A DNA stretch of 20,739 nucleotides, taken from the NCBI GenBank assembly GCA_030141605.1, contig JAQGDQ010001927.1, forward strand, positions 1 to 20,739. Reading direction: 5' to 3'. Shown here one piece after another: positions 11,101 through 20,739 of the stretch (position 1 is its first letter; each line of letters starts with the position of its first letter). Position numbers and translations under genes: made by a program. This DNA is from Tubiluchus corallicola. Its lineage: Eukaryota; Animalia; Priapulida. Under the pieces are notes generated by a model. The model was not told the origin of the DNA and did no database searches. It saw nothing but the letters and a program-made list of their open reading frames with translations.

Positions 11101-12959
11101 TACAAAATTTCTCTCCATTAATACAAACTATTTTATGATTATAATTACACTCCTACAAAAATGAAAATATAATTACCTCTTAAAAACTATAATAGGTAAA
11201 CCTACACCCATGACCTTCTTTCTCCAAACTGTTTTTTAGCGCTATCCTGTTCTTACTGACCTACCTTACTTTTCCTTTTTCACATTTATTACATAATTCT
11301 TTTCTCTCCAGTACAAACTACATTACTAACAAATGCCAGGTGCCACTAGCTGGTCGGCCGCTGCTTAGCGATATGCTTCAGTGCAACCTAAACACATGTG
11401 CTCGCATCTAGCATAACCTCTTTCGCTATCGCATTTCCAGGAGCAATTTTCACATTGGTTTTCATAAGCAATTAATTTTAACATTCATTTTAGGCAAGGA
11501 AGGCTGTCTTCTCTATAACAGAGACACACAAGGAGTGGCTGAACTATGTACACCAGGAGCAGTTGCACTCCAAAGACTTGTATTATGATACAAAGAAAAT
11601 GCAAGATAATTTGAAAACCTGGCTGCGTTACCTCAACTTGACTCGTGACCAAGAACTTGTGGCATCGAAACGTGGTGTTCCGTCGCCTGCATCTGATTTC
11701 ACAAAAATTGGAGAAATCAAAGAAGAAGAAGAAGAAGAAGAAGAAAGTATCGATGACACGGAAATGCTTCTGGGGGAAAAACTTAAGAGGTTTTCTACCC
11801 GTCACAGTTCACTCAATACAGTAGGTGTGAACACTACAAAAACTATACCTTTACCCTTTTCATTGGTGTTTGGAAAAGACGTGTATGGCAACCCTGCTTT
11901 TAATTTACCTCGATGGTGTGCCCATCTTGCCTGCGCAGCCTCACTAACCTTGTCTCTCATTTGTAGCTACTTAGTGATGCTTTATGGCCTGAAGTATGGC
12001 TACTCGAAAAGTGTTGCCTGGCTGTATTCGATGTTGACGTCCCTTGCAGAAAGCATCTTCCTGTCTCAGCCATTGAAAGTTTTAATAATGGCCGTGATGC
12101 TGACATTGATATTCAAACAGCCTAATGAACTGCCACGTGCTCTAACTGATGTTCCTTTAGAAGATGATGAGGAGTACGTACAGAAAGAGTTAATTGCTGA
12201 ACATGAAAGGTATTCTCTTCTTCTCTGCTTTTACTCTCTTTTACGTTCTTACCAGTGGCGGTTCGTTGAGGGGTACTGTGGAACTGCAGCACCCCCTATT
12301 TTCACTCGATATTACAGATAATATTCAATATAATAAGTCTTTTTTTCTTTAGTTCTTTCTTCATACTTGTACGGAACCAGAGCACGTGAGGGTTGTACTG
12401 TTTGCGTCACAGTTTGTTTGGCTGTTGTGCGCATGCGGTCATGCGCACACGTCTGAGATAACACGCTGTACGCTGCACTGCTAGTGTCTGCTGCTATTCA
12501 TATATTCATGAGTGATTATGCTTTGCAAGCTTTGCAATAAATTTAGCAATTTTTTAATAAATGAATATATATATATAATGGATACACTTATTATATACAA
12601 TATTTAATATATGTATTCTCACCTTTCTCACCATCCTCCTGGTAGATTTTCATCTGTCAGCCGGCGAACACTTGATAACGTCTCTCCAGGTGTCTCTGTC
12701 TTCATACGTCTTCTCCTCCTCCACATCCACCAGTCGGATTCCTCTCCTCGCAAGCGCCTCTCCAACTCCATCAAGCCACCTCGATATGTATTATATATAT
12801 TTATTGGACATATGCATATATGTATATTATCTAGAAATATATTAATGCTCTTTCAAAGTAAATGAGGAAAAAATATAAATATATGTATCTCGATATATAT
12901 ATATATATATCGAGGAACCACCGAAATTAATTATAAGATCGTATACATTAATTTCGCTG

Positions 12960-12999
<40 letters not shown>

Positions 13000-15900
13000 C
13001 ATTTTTGACGATCTATACGTCAAAGGAAAGGTCTCCACCCATTGGTTCGCACCTAGTTTTTTTTCGAATCGGTTATTTTTCGAATCGGGTTCACCGGGAG
13101 AAACGGGGGGGGGGGTGAAAACCTCCAAAAATGGCCATTTTCGGCCATTTTTTGCAAAACTTATACCTTGTATTTCTTTAGAACGGAACGTGTCCCACGT
13201 GCTGGTAATGGTTGAATAGCCCATTCAACGGTTATAGTCATATTTAGATTTCGGGGAGGGCCGCGGCGCCACGTGACGGGCGTTTTCCCGGACCCATCAA
13301 AGCAAATTTTGCAGAAAACTGCTCAAACAGCCTCTAAAAAACTCAGTTTGTGCAACTGTTTGGGCATGCTGGGAAAAAATAAGCACACTCACAGAAAAAG
13401 GACAAACCGATCTTCAAAATGTTGAAGGTTTTGTTGGGAGAGATGTATACTGGACAAAACGGGAGGGGTGTATTTCGAAGTTCTTTTTCTACCCCTTGCG
13501 CTGCACACTATTTGGAACACCCATTGTCTTCGAGTTTGAGAAATTTCACGGCTGTTTCAGGCATTGTTGTCACCCGCCGTTCTACAGTGTTATAGATTAT
13601 ACATGTAAGTAAGATCTGTTAGTCTATTATGATAGATCTGAGAAGCAGTTTACATAACTATGTAGAATGACAGCACATTATTGATCATTGGTAAACAGAC
13701 AAAGAGCAATTATTATAGCACACTGTTTCGATTTTGAGGAAAATGATTAGAATGGTTTTGTTGTGGTACTGTGCTGTTAGTGTTGGTGCTGTAGGTGTCG
13801 TCATCGTATAACCTATCTACTGGGGGGTGTGATGACGCAATCAGAATGGTCACGTGACCAGGTATTGTTCGGCGCGCACGAGTCTGCATAAGACGTATGT
13901 GAAAAGAGCGGACATGCTTGTTTAAATTACTTGTGTTATAAAAAGTTTCGTTAGCTTCTTTGTTTGTGAAATTCACACAGAAGTTTTTGTTTCACACCGC
14001 AAGTTGTGTAATACAGAAGATATCAATTTACAAATTTTTGTGGCAAGTTTGACTGTTTTACGATTTTCGATATTACAAGTAAATTATAGATAATTAGCTC
14101 TAAAACTTGGGCGAAGTGACAGGGCATCGCCACGGGGGGGGGGGGGGGGCAAGCCAGCCCAACTCAGTGCCAGTCTCAAGCCCGGACAAATAGGGAGAGT
14201 TAGGATCAGGAAGGGCATCCGCCTGTAAAAACTGTGCCAAAACCTTCTATGAATGAGTCAGTGAGTCTTAAAGGTAAAGTCCGCAAAGAAGTGGTCAGAC
14301 CCGCTCTAATCTATGGGCTAGAAGCAGCTTCTCTAAAGAAGACCGAAGCCGATGGTATGGACACCTGAAAAGAAGAGTTGGTGAAGATCATGTGGGAACA
14401 TGATGTGGTGAGGACTCATTCACAACGGCGACCCCGCATAGGGAAAAGCTGGGAAGAAGATATATATATATATACATACATATATTTATAATTTTTCTTC
14501 ATATACTTTGAAAGAGCATTAATATATTAATCTTACAATATATTTCTGGATATATATACATATACGTATATGTCCAATAAATGTAAAATATTGCGCAACC
14601 AAATAAAGAAGAAATTTATTAAAAGTAAATTGCCAAATTTATTGCATAGCATAATCACTCATTTTTATTTTAAAAGCCAGTGCTTTTATTCTTTCAGAAT
14701 TTTAGAGCGGAGGAGGGCGTACAGACCCCCACAAGAAAAAGCAATAGAACGTGATAGGAAGCGTCGTCTACATGAACACATTATGGACAAGATATTGAAA
14801 GAAATTATCTTGTTTGGAATCTTTACCATCCTTCTGTCCAACATTGTTTATAATTTTCGAGACAAAAGGTGAGTTTAACAAAGACGGCATTTAAAGGAAA
14901 AAACACGGGTAGCGTTTAGTGTTCTCCTTCCCATTTTGTTTATTAAATTTATAGACAAACAAAGCGACAGTATAATTTTTACAATAAGCCTCTTTTGCAG
15001 TTTCGTTGTGCGCGCATGCGCAGTTAATGTAGCTTAAGTGCACAGTTAGTGTAGGTCAAAGGTCGAGTGTACCACAGAAACGCGTCACAACTACAAGTGT
15101 AACGTGACATGTGGGTAAGGCAAAGCCGTCAATTCAGTAACTTCAGTTGCTTTACTTAATTATGCATTATTCAAGCGATTTACTAACAGTATTTTGCTTG
15201 GAGCAAGAAAAAATGCTTGGAACTGCAAAAAGGTTTATTTACATGTTCACTGTATCAGTATAATCAATGAATGTTTGCTGAGAGTTTCCCTCCAACGGTA
15301 AGCGTGAGCTCACATTTACTTCTCTGTTCACCGTGAGAGGTGTCGAGAGTAATTTGCTGATGTGTTCGCAGAACCTCAGCGGAAATCAACAGGCAGTAAC
15401 TCGCAAAGCAATCCCGTAACGGGCGTTTTCCCGGACCCACCTCGCGATTTTTTCGAAATTTTGGTAAAACAGCGTGCGGATAAAACGTTCTAGCGGCGCC
15501 TGGTGGGACTCTCGGAAGGAGATATGTAGCTCTTTAGCTGTACTGTATCTATATCTATATCTTTTCTACTGGTCTGTTTATTCATTACTTTTGCTTCTTT
15601 CAAAATACATATTTAGTGCATAATTTTCCATACTGTAAGCTCCGCTTATATAAGTTGTTTGTTCTTTATATAGTGTACGACTGATGATGACACCTGATTG
15701 CTGTCGAAAAGTTTTGACATGTTTTTAAATAGTTGTGAATTAAAGTTTTTAATAAGAGCTGTGTTGTTTTAGTAATAACCGTTACGGGACACTGTTGCCC
15801 CCTCGCAAATTTTAAATACACCTACTACACCCACCGCTGAACGGGCTATCTATCCATAGCCAGCACCACCCATGGCCCGTTCCCGTTCTCTAGATCTCAG

Positions 15901-17937
15901 ACGTATAAGTTTTGAAAAAAACGGCCGAAAAATGGCCATTTTTGGAGGTTTTTCGCCTTCCGTTCCTCCCGGTGGGCCCCATTCGAAAAATAAACCATCA
16001 ATGGCACGACACTAGATCGAGACCTTTCGTTTGATATATAGATCGCCGCAAATGGTGCCGTCGTCCGAGCTGTAGCCTCGAATCTTATATATATATATAT
16101 ATATATATTTATAATGTAATATTTATTATGTAATATATATATATAACATACCAGGAGAATTAATATATACGATTTTGCTTTAGTTTATTCTTGAGTTGTT
16201 TAGCAAACACATCAACTAAAGTAAACATAACATTGCTACCTTGCTATGCTTTCGCATTACAACTTGTGCTCACAATCTATGAATCAAATAATTTAAAGAA
16301 ATCTTTCAGATTCTGTGAAACATGAGCTCTTTCTGCCAATGCTAAATTCTCCTGTACATTTAAAATCATAAATGTAATAATATTTGTCTTATTTTTGCTT
16401 TCTTACTGCAGAGCGTACTGGGTTACAAAAACCGCAGAAGACGTCTTCATTGACTCGCGGTATAATGGTCATACGAAATTCAAAGAGGTGAGCAATTCGT
16501 CGGTAATGTATTGATGTGCCTCTTAATGTCGATCTCATTGACAATAAAAACTGAAAGGGTAGATTAGATCTATTGACTAATAATTACAAATACACATGCT
16601 AATAACTTAAAAATTAGTCCAACAGGTCACATACGTGCATTTGTCTTAGTCTCTGCCTCCATCTTCCAGTTTCTGTAAGAAGTCTATGAGCGGAAGACCT
16701 GCAACGAGTCCATCGAATCTTATCCTCTCCTGGTATACCTGGAACAGCCTTTGAAAGCAATGGAGGGGACATAAGTCGAGGATATATTAGTACCATATAT
16801 AGTACCAGGTGGGGCACAGGTTTCAGATGGAGTGCTTCGATGTAATATATAGTACCAGGTGGGGCACAGGTTTTAGATTGAGTGCGTCACTGTAATGTAT
16901 AGCACCAGGTGGGGCACAAGTTTTAGATTGAGTGCATTGATGTAATATATAGTACCAGGTGGGGCACAGGTTTTAGATTGAATGCATGGATGTAATATAT
17001 AGTACCAGGTGGGGCACAGGTTTTAGATTGAGTGCATTGATGTAATATATAGTACCAGGTTGGGCACAGGTTTTAGATTGTGTTGATGTAATATATAGTA
17101 CCAGGTGGGGCACAGGTTTTAGATTGAGTGCGTCACTGTATTATATAGCTATGTTATTCAAAATGTAGAAATGAAAAGTAAATTAAAAAACTTAGAATGG
17201 AACTCGTGACCCATGTCAGAAGCGTGAAAAAGTAAGGGCCTCTGACTTACAGTAGGTTCCTGGCTCGAATCCAAGCTGTATCTTTTTACACTTTCTTTAT
17301 TTTGTGCAAGTTTGGATTTAAAACTCAATTAAGATTTAGTTCATTAATAATTCATTATTGCAATTAACAATATTTTATGAATTAATTAATAAACTTGTTA
17401 GTAAATTAATAGTGTACAGTAACTGTTGATATCATGAACACTTATGTAAGCCACACACAAACATTTTAAGGCACATCAGCTACTTTACACAATTACACAA
17501 TACAATTATTATTAGGGAAGGGTTGATTACGAGAATCTCAATTATTTGTAACAGATAAAAGACGTGGATGGCATGTGGGATTATATTGACAGCACATTAC
17601 TACCCAATATGCACGCGGAAAGCTTGTACGTTGGCAAGACAATAAGGTCTGAATTCACAACAGACTTGGTCTCAGTTTTGGTTGGAGTTGCTAGACTGCG
17701 TCAGCTTCGGGCAGGCAAAGGTATGAAAAGTTTACAACAGAATGAATAAGTCAACATCATGTGAAGTTCTAATACAGTACGTGTATTTTCATTTTCTAGG
17801 TTTATCGTGATTTCGTCTCTTTTGTTTAGATCTATGTTTTGTTGATGATCTTCTAGAACCATACGGTCGAAAGTGCATAGGTTTGTATAGTTGGCCAAGA
17901 CAAGATACAAGATCATACCGCTCAGGGTGGCGATATC
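3391..17937 (+). CDS. PKD1L: Polycystin-1-like (PKD1L/REJ family) gene, partial: 10 spliced exons, 1802 nt, about 600 codons; 5' and 3' ends not recovered
   Basis: Exons join in compatible phases with GT-AG ends and no stop. Family motifs appear in the expected order: PLAT end (WYLNQIVIRD..W.F..NNWLAV), HLWASIFCRPPQSNFTRVQRLTC, LPRWC..LYGLKYG..WL.S...ESIFLSQPLKV, YRPP, LVGVARLRQLR, C..C..YS...DT..Y..GW. The exact paralogue cannot be assigned without a phylogeny. Confidence 0.93.
3615..4781. repeat. Minisatellite, 89 bp unit, about 14 copies including two 59 bp deletion variants
   Basis: Unit atataaaatttaataatactaatgaaatgagcaagcaaatgagcattagtaagtatcggctgcccttccaaccatcttcatccaacttc. Confidence 0.97.
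5138..5172. repeat. (AAT)n microsatellite, about 11 units
   Basis: Read directly. Confidence 0.95.
5330..5437 (+). CDS. PKD1L: PKD1-like exon: post-PLAT conserved segment (absent from the ORF track)
   Basis: atttag|GGA...GTT CAG|gtgtga; GFAHVFACKTAVGFRDSHLWASIFCRPPQSNFTRVQ, the HxWxS..RP.xSxFTRVQR signature; 108 nt, phase 0 to 0. Confidence 0.95.
5698..5915 (-). mobile_element. Possible decayed LINE APE-endonuclease fragment
   Basis: Minus strand gives LVMMGNIN (GDFN-like), then with frameshifts DFL..GL.Q...PT.....LDV, in the expected order. Weak. Confidence 0.25.
6126..6258 (+). CDS. PKD1L: PKD1-like exon: TM2 and start of TM3
   Basis: ttgcag|AGG TTG...ATA G|gtattt; RLTCALSLLLTSMLANIMFYGIPTDPKEQLVIGSIRLSLPNIII(G); phase 0 to 1. 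Confidence 0.93.
6358..7615. repeat. Minisatellite, 49-51 bp unit, 25 copies
   Basis: Unit tttacctgttaatgatacgatacttgctatggtagacagaaaagatgctt with four recurring variants. Confidence 0.97.
7616..8240. repeat. Minisatellite, 47 bp unit, about 13 copies
   Basis: Unit aaaactaagtgttgaaggagttattacgtccagtaattattgttccc; directly abuts the 50 bp array. Confidence 0.97.
8346..8472 (+). CDS. PKD1L: PKD1-like exon: TM3 and start of cytoplasmic loop
   Basis: ttttag|GC ATT...GTA CA|gtaagt; (G)IESSLIVLPINILIVLVFRMAKGSEETVLLSFTGRKENAKV; phase 1 to 2. Confidence 0.9.
9264..10117. mobile_element. Probable MITE-like element carrying the TTAGGG tract as its core
   Basis: gaagtttacaattc (9264-9277) and gaattgtaaactcc (10104-10117) are inverted repeats, 13/14 match with a 12 bp perfect core, closely bracketing the tract. 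Confidence 0.6.
9308..10081 (+). repeat. Interstitial telomere-like (TTAGGG)n tract, degenerate, about 770 bp
   Basis: TTAGGG mixed with TTAGAG, TTAGGA, CTAGGG and TTTGGG; perfect 5-unit runs at 9814-9843 and 10016-10045. Confidence 0.95.
10274..10331 (+). CDS. PKD1L: PKD1-like small exon (58 nt) in the TM3-TM4 loop
   Basis: ttttacag|A GAG GAC...AAA AAG|gtataa; (Q)EDDSFENLVSSSYVRFDKK; bridges phase 2 to phase 0 between its neighbours. No motif support. Confidence 0.7.
11494..12209 (+). CDS. PKD1L: PKD1-like large exon: cytoplasmic loop, TM4, TM5
   Basis: ttttag|GCA AGG...GAA AG|gtattc; in frame with ORF 11563-12321; contains LPRWCAHLA...LYGLKYGYSKSVAWLYSMLTSLAESIFLSQPLKV; phase 0 to 2. Confidence 0.92.
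11722..11745 (+). repeat. Coding (GAA)8 giving poly-Glu
   Basis: Eight pure GAA codons within the large exon. Confidence 0.95.
12507..12888 (+). repeat. Left arm of an intra-intron inverted repeat (partner 14476-14662), interrupted by an RTE insertion
   Basis: atgagtgattatgct..gcaataaattt.gcaattt, atttattggacatat and atattaatgctctttcaaagta match the reverse complement of the partner in order. Confidence 0.85.
12618..12783 (-). mobile_element. 5'-truncated RTE-clade LINE 3' end with 9 bp target-site duplication
   Basis: Minus strand reads RWLDGVGEALARRGIRLVDVEEEKTYEDRDTWRDVIKCSPADR* (RW.D.V...DR..WR, RTE C-terminus); tail ggtgagaaaggtgag; atatgtatt at both 12609-12617 and 12784-12792. Confidence 0.85.
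12938..13296 (+). mobile_element. Dispersed non-autonomous repeat containing (TA)n, copy 1 (possibly Helentron/DINE-like)
   Basis: Homologous to the reverse complement of 15779-16173 (gcaccattt, gaaaggtctc, ttatttttcgaat, aaaacctccaaaaatggccattttc, caaaacttatac). Family assignment is inference from architecture. Confidence 0.65.
14120..14460 (+). mobile_element. Internally deleted RTE-clade (Expander/Rex3-like) retroelement; 5' boundary approximate
   Basis: RTE-type 5' UTR motif caagcccggacaaat...tcaggaagggcatccgcctgtaaaa; ORF pieces LKGKVRKEVVRPALIYGLEA and RWYGHLKRR; 3' end ggcgacccc...gggaaaagctgggaagaaga. Confidence 0.8.
14476..14662 (-). repeat. Right arm of the intra-intron inverted repeat
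   Basis: Reverse complement of 12507-12888 once the RTE insert is removed; ends 35 nt before the acceptor at 14697. Confidence 0.85.
14698..14868 (+). CDS. PKD1L: PKD1-like exon: YRPP motif and TM6 (first helix of the channel-like domain)
   Basis: tttcag|A ATT...AAA AG|gtgagt; ILERRRAYRPPQEKAIERDRKRRLHEHIMDKILKEIILFGIFTILLSNIVYNFRDK; 171 nt, phase 2 to 2. Confidence 0.93.
15133..15215 (+). repeat. About 100 bp dispersed repeat, copy 1 of 3
   Basis: ttcagtaacttcagttg..ttta.ttaattatgcatt..gattta.ta..ttgcttg..aagaaaaaatg shared with 18021-18120 and 18536-18656. Confidence 0.75.
15779..16173 (-). mobile_element. Same repeat family, copy 2, opposite orientation
   Basis: See copy 1; same order of blocks including the TA-rich tract and terminal atcgtata.attaatt..ctggt. 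Confidence 0.65.
16412..16487 (+). CDS. PKD1L: PKD1-like exon: start of polycystin (TOP) domain (absent from the ORF track)
   Basis: long pyrimidine tract, ctgcag|A GCG TAC...AAA GAG|gtgagc; (R)AYWVTKTAEDVFIDSRYNGHTKFKE; phase 2 to 0. Confidence 0.87.
16614..16790 (-). mobile_element. Decayed CR1/L2-group LINE fragment (post-RT C-terminal region)
   Basis: Minus ORF contains TRCRSSAHRLLTETGRW...HVCDL, matching R.R.S.H.L..ETGRW....C..C. Confidence 0.7.
16795..17149. repeat. Minisatellite, 50 bp unit, 7 copies
   Basis: Unit atatatagtaccaggtggggcacaggttttagattgagtgcattgatgta. Confidence 0.96.
17555..17720 (+). CDS. PKD1L: PKD1-like exon: polycystin domain with RLRQLR motif
   Basis: aacag|ATA AAA...AAA G|gtatga; IKDVDGMWDYIDSTLLPNMH...LVGVARLRQLRAGK; phase 0 to 1. 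Confidence 0.93.
17830..17937 (+). CDS. PKD1L: PKD1-like exon: polycystin domain cysteine pair and GW motif
   Basis: gtttag|AT CTA TGT...TAT C|gtaagt; (D)LCFVDDLLEPYGRKCIGLYSWPRQDTRSYRSGWRY; phase 1 to 1. Confidence 0.9.
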
Positions 17938-18020
17938 GTAAGTATCCTCGATATCCGCCTGACCATTGGACGTTCCAGTCTACTCTACAACTCTGGACAC
18001 TGCCATTTTCAGGTTTCTTA

Positions 18021-18120
18021 GCTTTACTTAATTATACATATGCATTTGTCTGTGAGTAGAGTGATTTACTAGCTTGATGTTGCTTGTGAAGAAGAAAAAA
18101 TGAACTAGGTAATGTTCTAG
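18021..18120 (+). repeat. About 100 bp dispersed repeat, copy 2 of 3
   Basis: gtctgtgagtagagtgattta and aagaaaaaatgaactag are identical in copy 3. Confidence 0.8.
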
Positions 18121-18535
18121 CTAGCTGTTAAAAGTGTTACTATCACAGTAGCAACAAGTCATAAGTCATTTATTTCACCTTACACATTCACAATAGTTTC
18201 ATGTACAATATCTAGTGAAAGGGCCTACAATGAACATAATACAAATAAGAAATACTGCACAGGAAAAGCCTCAAACACTGTTCACCTATATACGAAGGTA
18301 AATGTGTTGCGGGCAATCAAAAAGCAGGGCTTGTTAGATTGTCCCACACAGTGATAGAAAAAAATGGAAATAATTTGAAAATTTAAAGTGAATCGTGTGA
18401 TAAGAAAACATTAGTGTTTAAAATGGAATGATGTAATGAATGAAGCTCATATATGGGATGATATAAAAGATAGAAAGACTATTATTTGTTAATAGTATGT
18501 AAAATTAAGATAACTTGATTAAGCAAACGATTCAG

Positions 18536-18656
18536 TTCAGTAACTTCAGTTGTTTTACGTGGTCTTTATTTAATTATGCATTAGTCTGTGAGTAGAGTGA
18601 TTTATTAGCAGGATCTTGCTTGGGAACAAGAAAAAATGAACTAGCTAAGGTTCTAG
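18536..18656 (+). repeat. About 100 bp dispersed repeat, copy 3 of 3
   Basis: Shares its 5' block with copy 1 and its 3' blocks with copy 2. Confidence 0.8.
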
Positions 18657-18767
18657 TTACCATCAGTATGGCTAGGGTTGTTTAATTTTATTATCTTTAA
18701 GAGTAATAATAGTGTGTGTTGTAGCAGTTCGTCAATTTTAGTAAAAATTAAATAACATTGTTTTTAG

Positions 18768-18920
18768 CACCAAACTGTAACAGCTTCTTTCGTAAAAACC
18801 GCCCAGTATTTGGCAAATTTCAACAGCCTCTGAACCCCATCAGCAAACAGTTTCTTCCAGTTGAGTCTATTGGAGCGAATTTAATAATTTTATTGAGATT
18901 CAGGGATTTAATTTACAAAT
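18768..18920 (+). CDS. Possible further PKD1-like exon (donor uncertain)
   Basis: ttgtttttag acceptor is phase-compatible with the previous exon and the frame is open to a gtaagt at 18921; alternative donor gtattt at 18806. No family motif recognised. Confidence 0.3.
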
Positions 18921-19197
18921 GTAAGTTTATTACAGCAAAAAAACCGTTACTATATACTGCTTTTGATGATGGCTTTTAGAGGCTGATGAAATTTGTCATA
19001 TAAAATATATACATATCTTACGACTGGCTAATGCAGAACTCAAGGTCAAACTGGTTATGGCAGCGATATCTTTATTAACATTTCATTGGTATATCGTTAA
19101 TAAAGCTACATACATTTACTTTGCCTTACTTTTGTTTCTGTGGATGTTACTCTAGTATATAAACAATTCAATCATATTCGTTAGGGATAATGGATTG

Positions 19198-20739
<1,542 letters not shown>

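Noticed and set aside
12254-12300. MITE-like start cagtggcggttc
   Set aside because: No matching opposite terminus found
12889-12914. 26 bp perfect palindrome ctcg(at)9cgag
   Set aside because: Mostly self-complementary (AT)n; only 4 bp of informative flank
13400-13560. Minus-strand peptide loosely resembling a piggyBac C-terminal Cys-rich domain
   Set aside because: Needs a frameshift and lacks most cysteines; would require a profile search
13847-13860. Perfect palindrome tggtcacgtgacca containing a CLEAR/E-box motif
   Set aside because: Single short motif within repeat-rich intron; no evidence of regulatory function
17215-17275. tRNA-like segment with B-box-like ggctcgaatcc (17262-17272)
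   Set aside because: No convincing cloverleaf or A-box; at most a decayed SINE head
17800-17829. Alternative acceptor ttttctag at 17799
   Set aside because: Gives GGT TTA TCG TGA, an in-frame stop; the acceptor at 17829 preserves the conserved frame

Overview
AT-rich animal genomic DNA (probably invertebrate; species not identifiable from the sequence). The window holds the middle of a + strand polycystin-1-like (PKD1L/REJ family) gene. Ten GT-AG exons between 3391 and 17937 join in phase without a stop into about 600 codons: C-terminal half of the PLAT domain, TM2-TM5, TM6 and the start of the polycystin/TOP domain. Upstream, what look like the first PLAT exons are present only as frameshifted, partly duplicated remnants. 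The introns are filled with repeats: four minisatellites, two TTAGGG-cored elements bounded by inverted repeats, a TTCGAA-rich MITE, RTE and CR1/L2 LINE fragments, two inverted-repeat pairs around one in-frame skippable exon, and a 1.5 kb purine tract. I see no CRISPR array, prokaryotic system or clearly novel system. The best leads concern gene decay, intron RNA structure and transposon architecture. All coordinates and alignments were read by eye.
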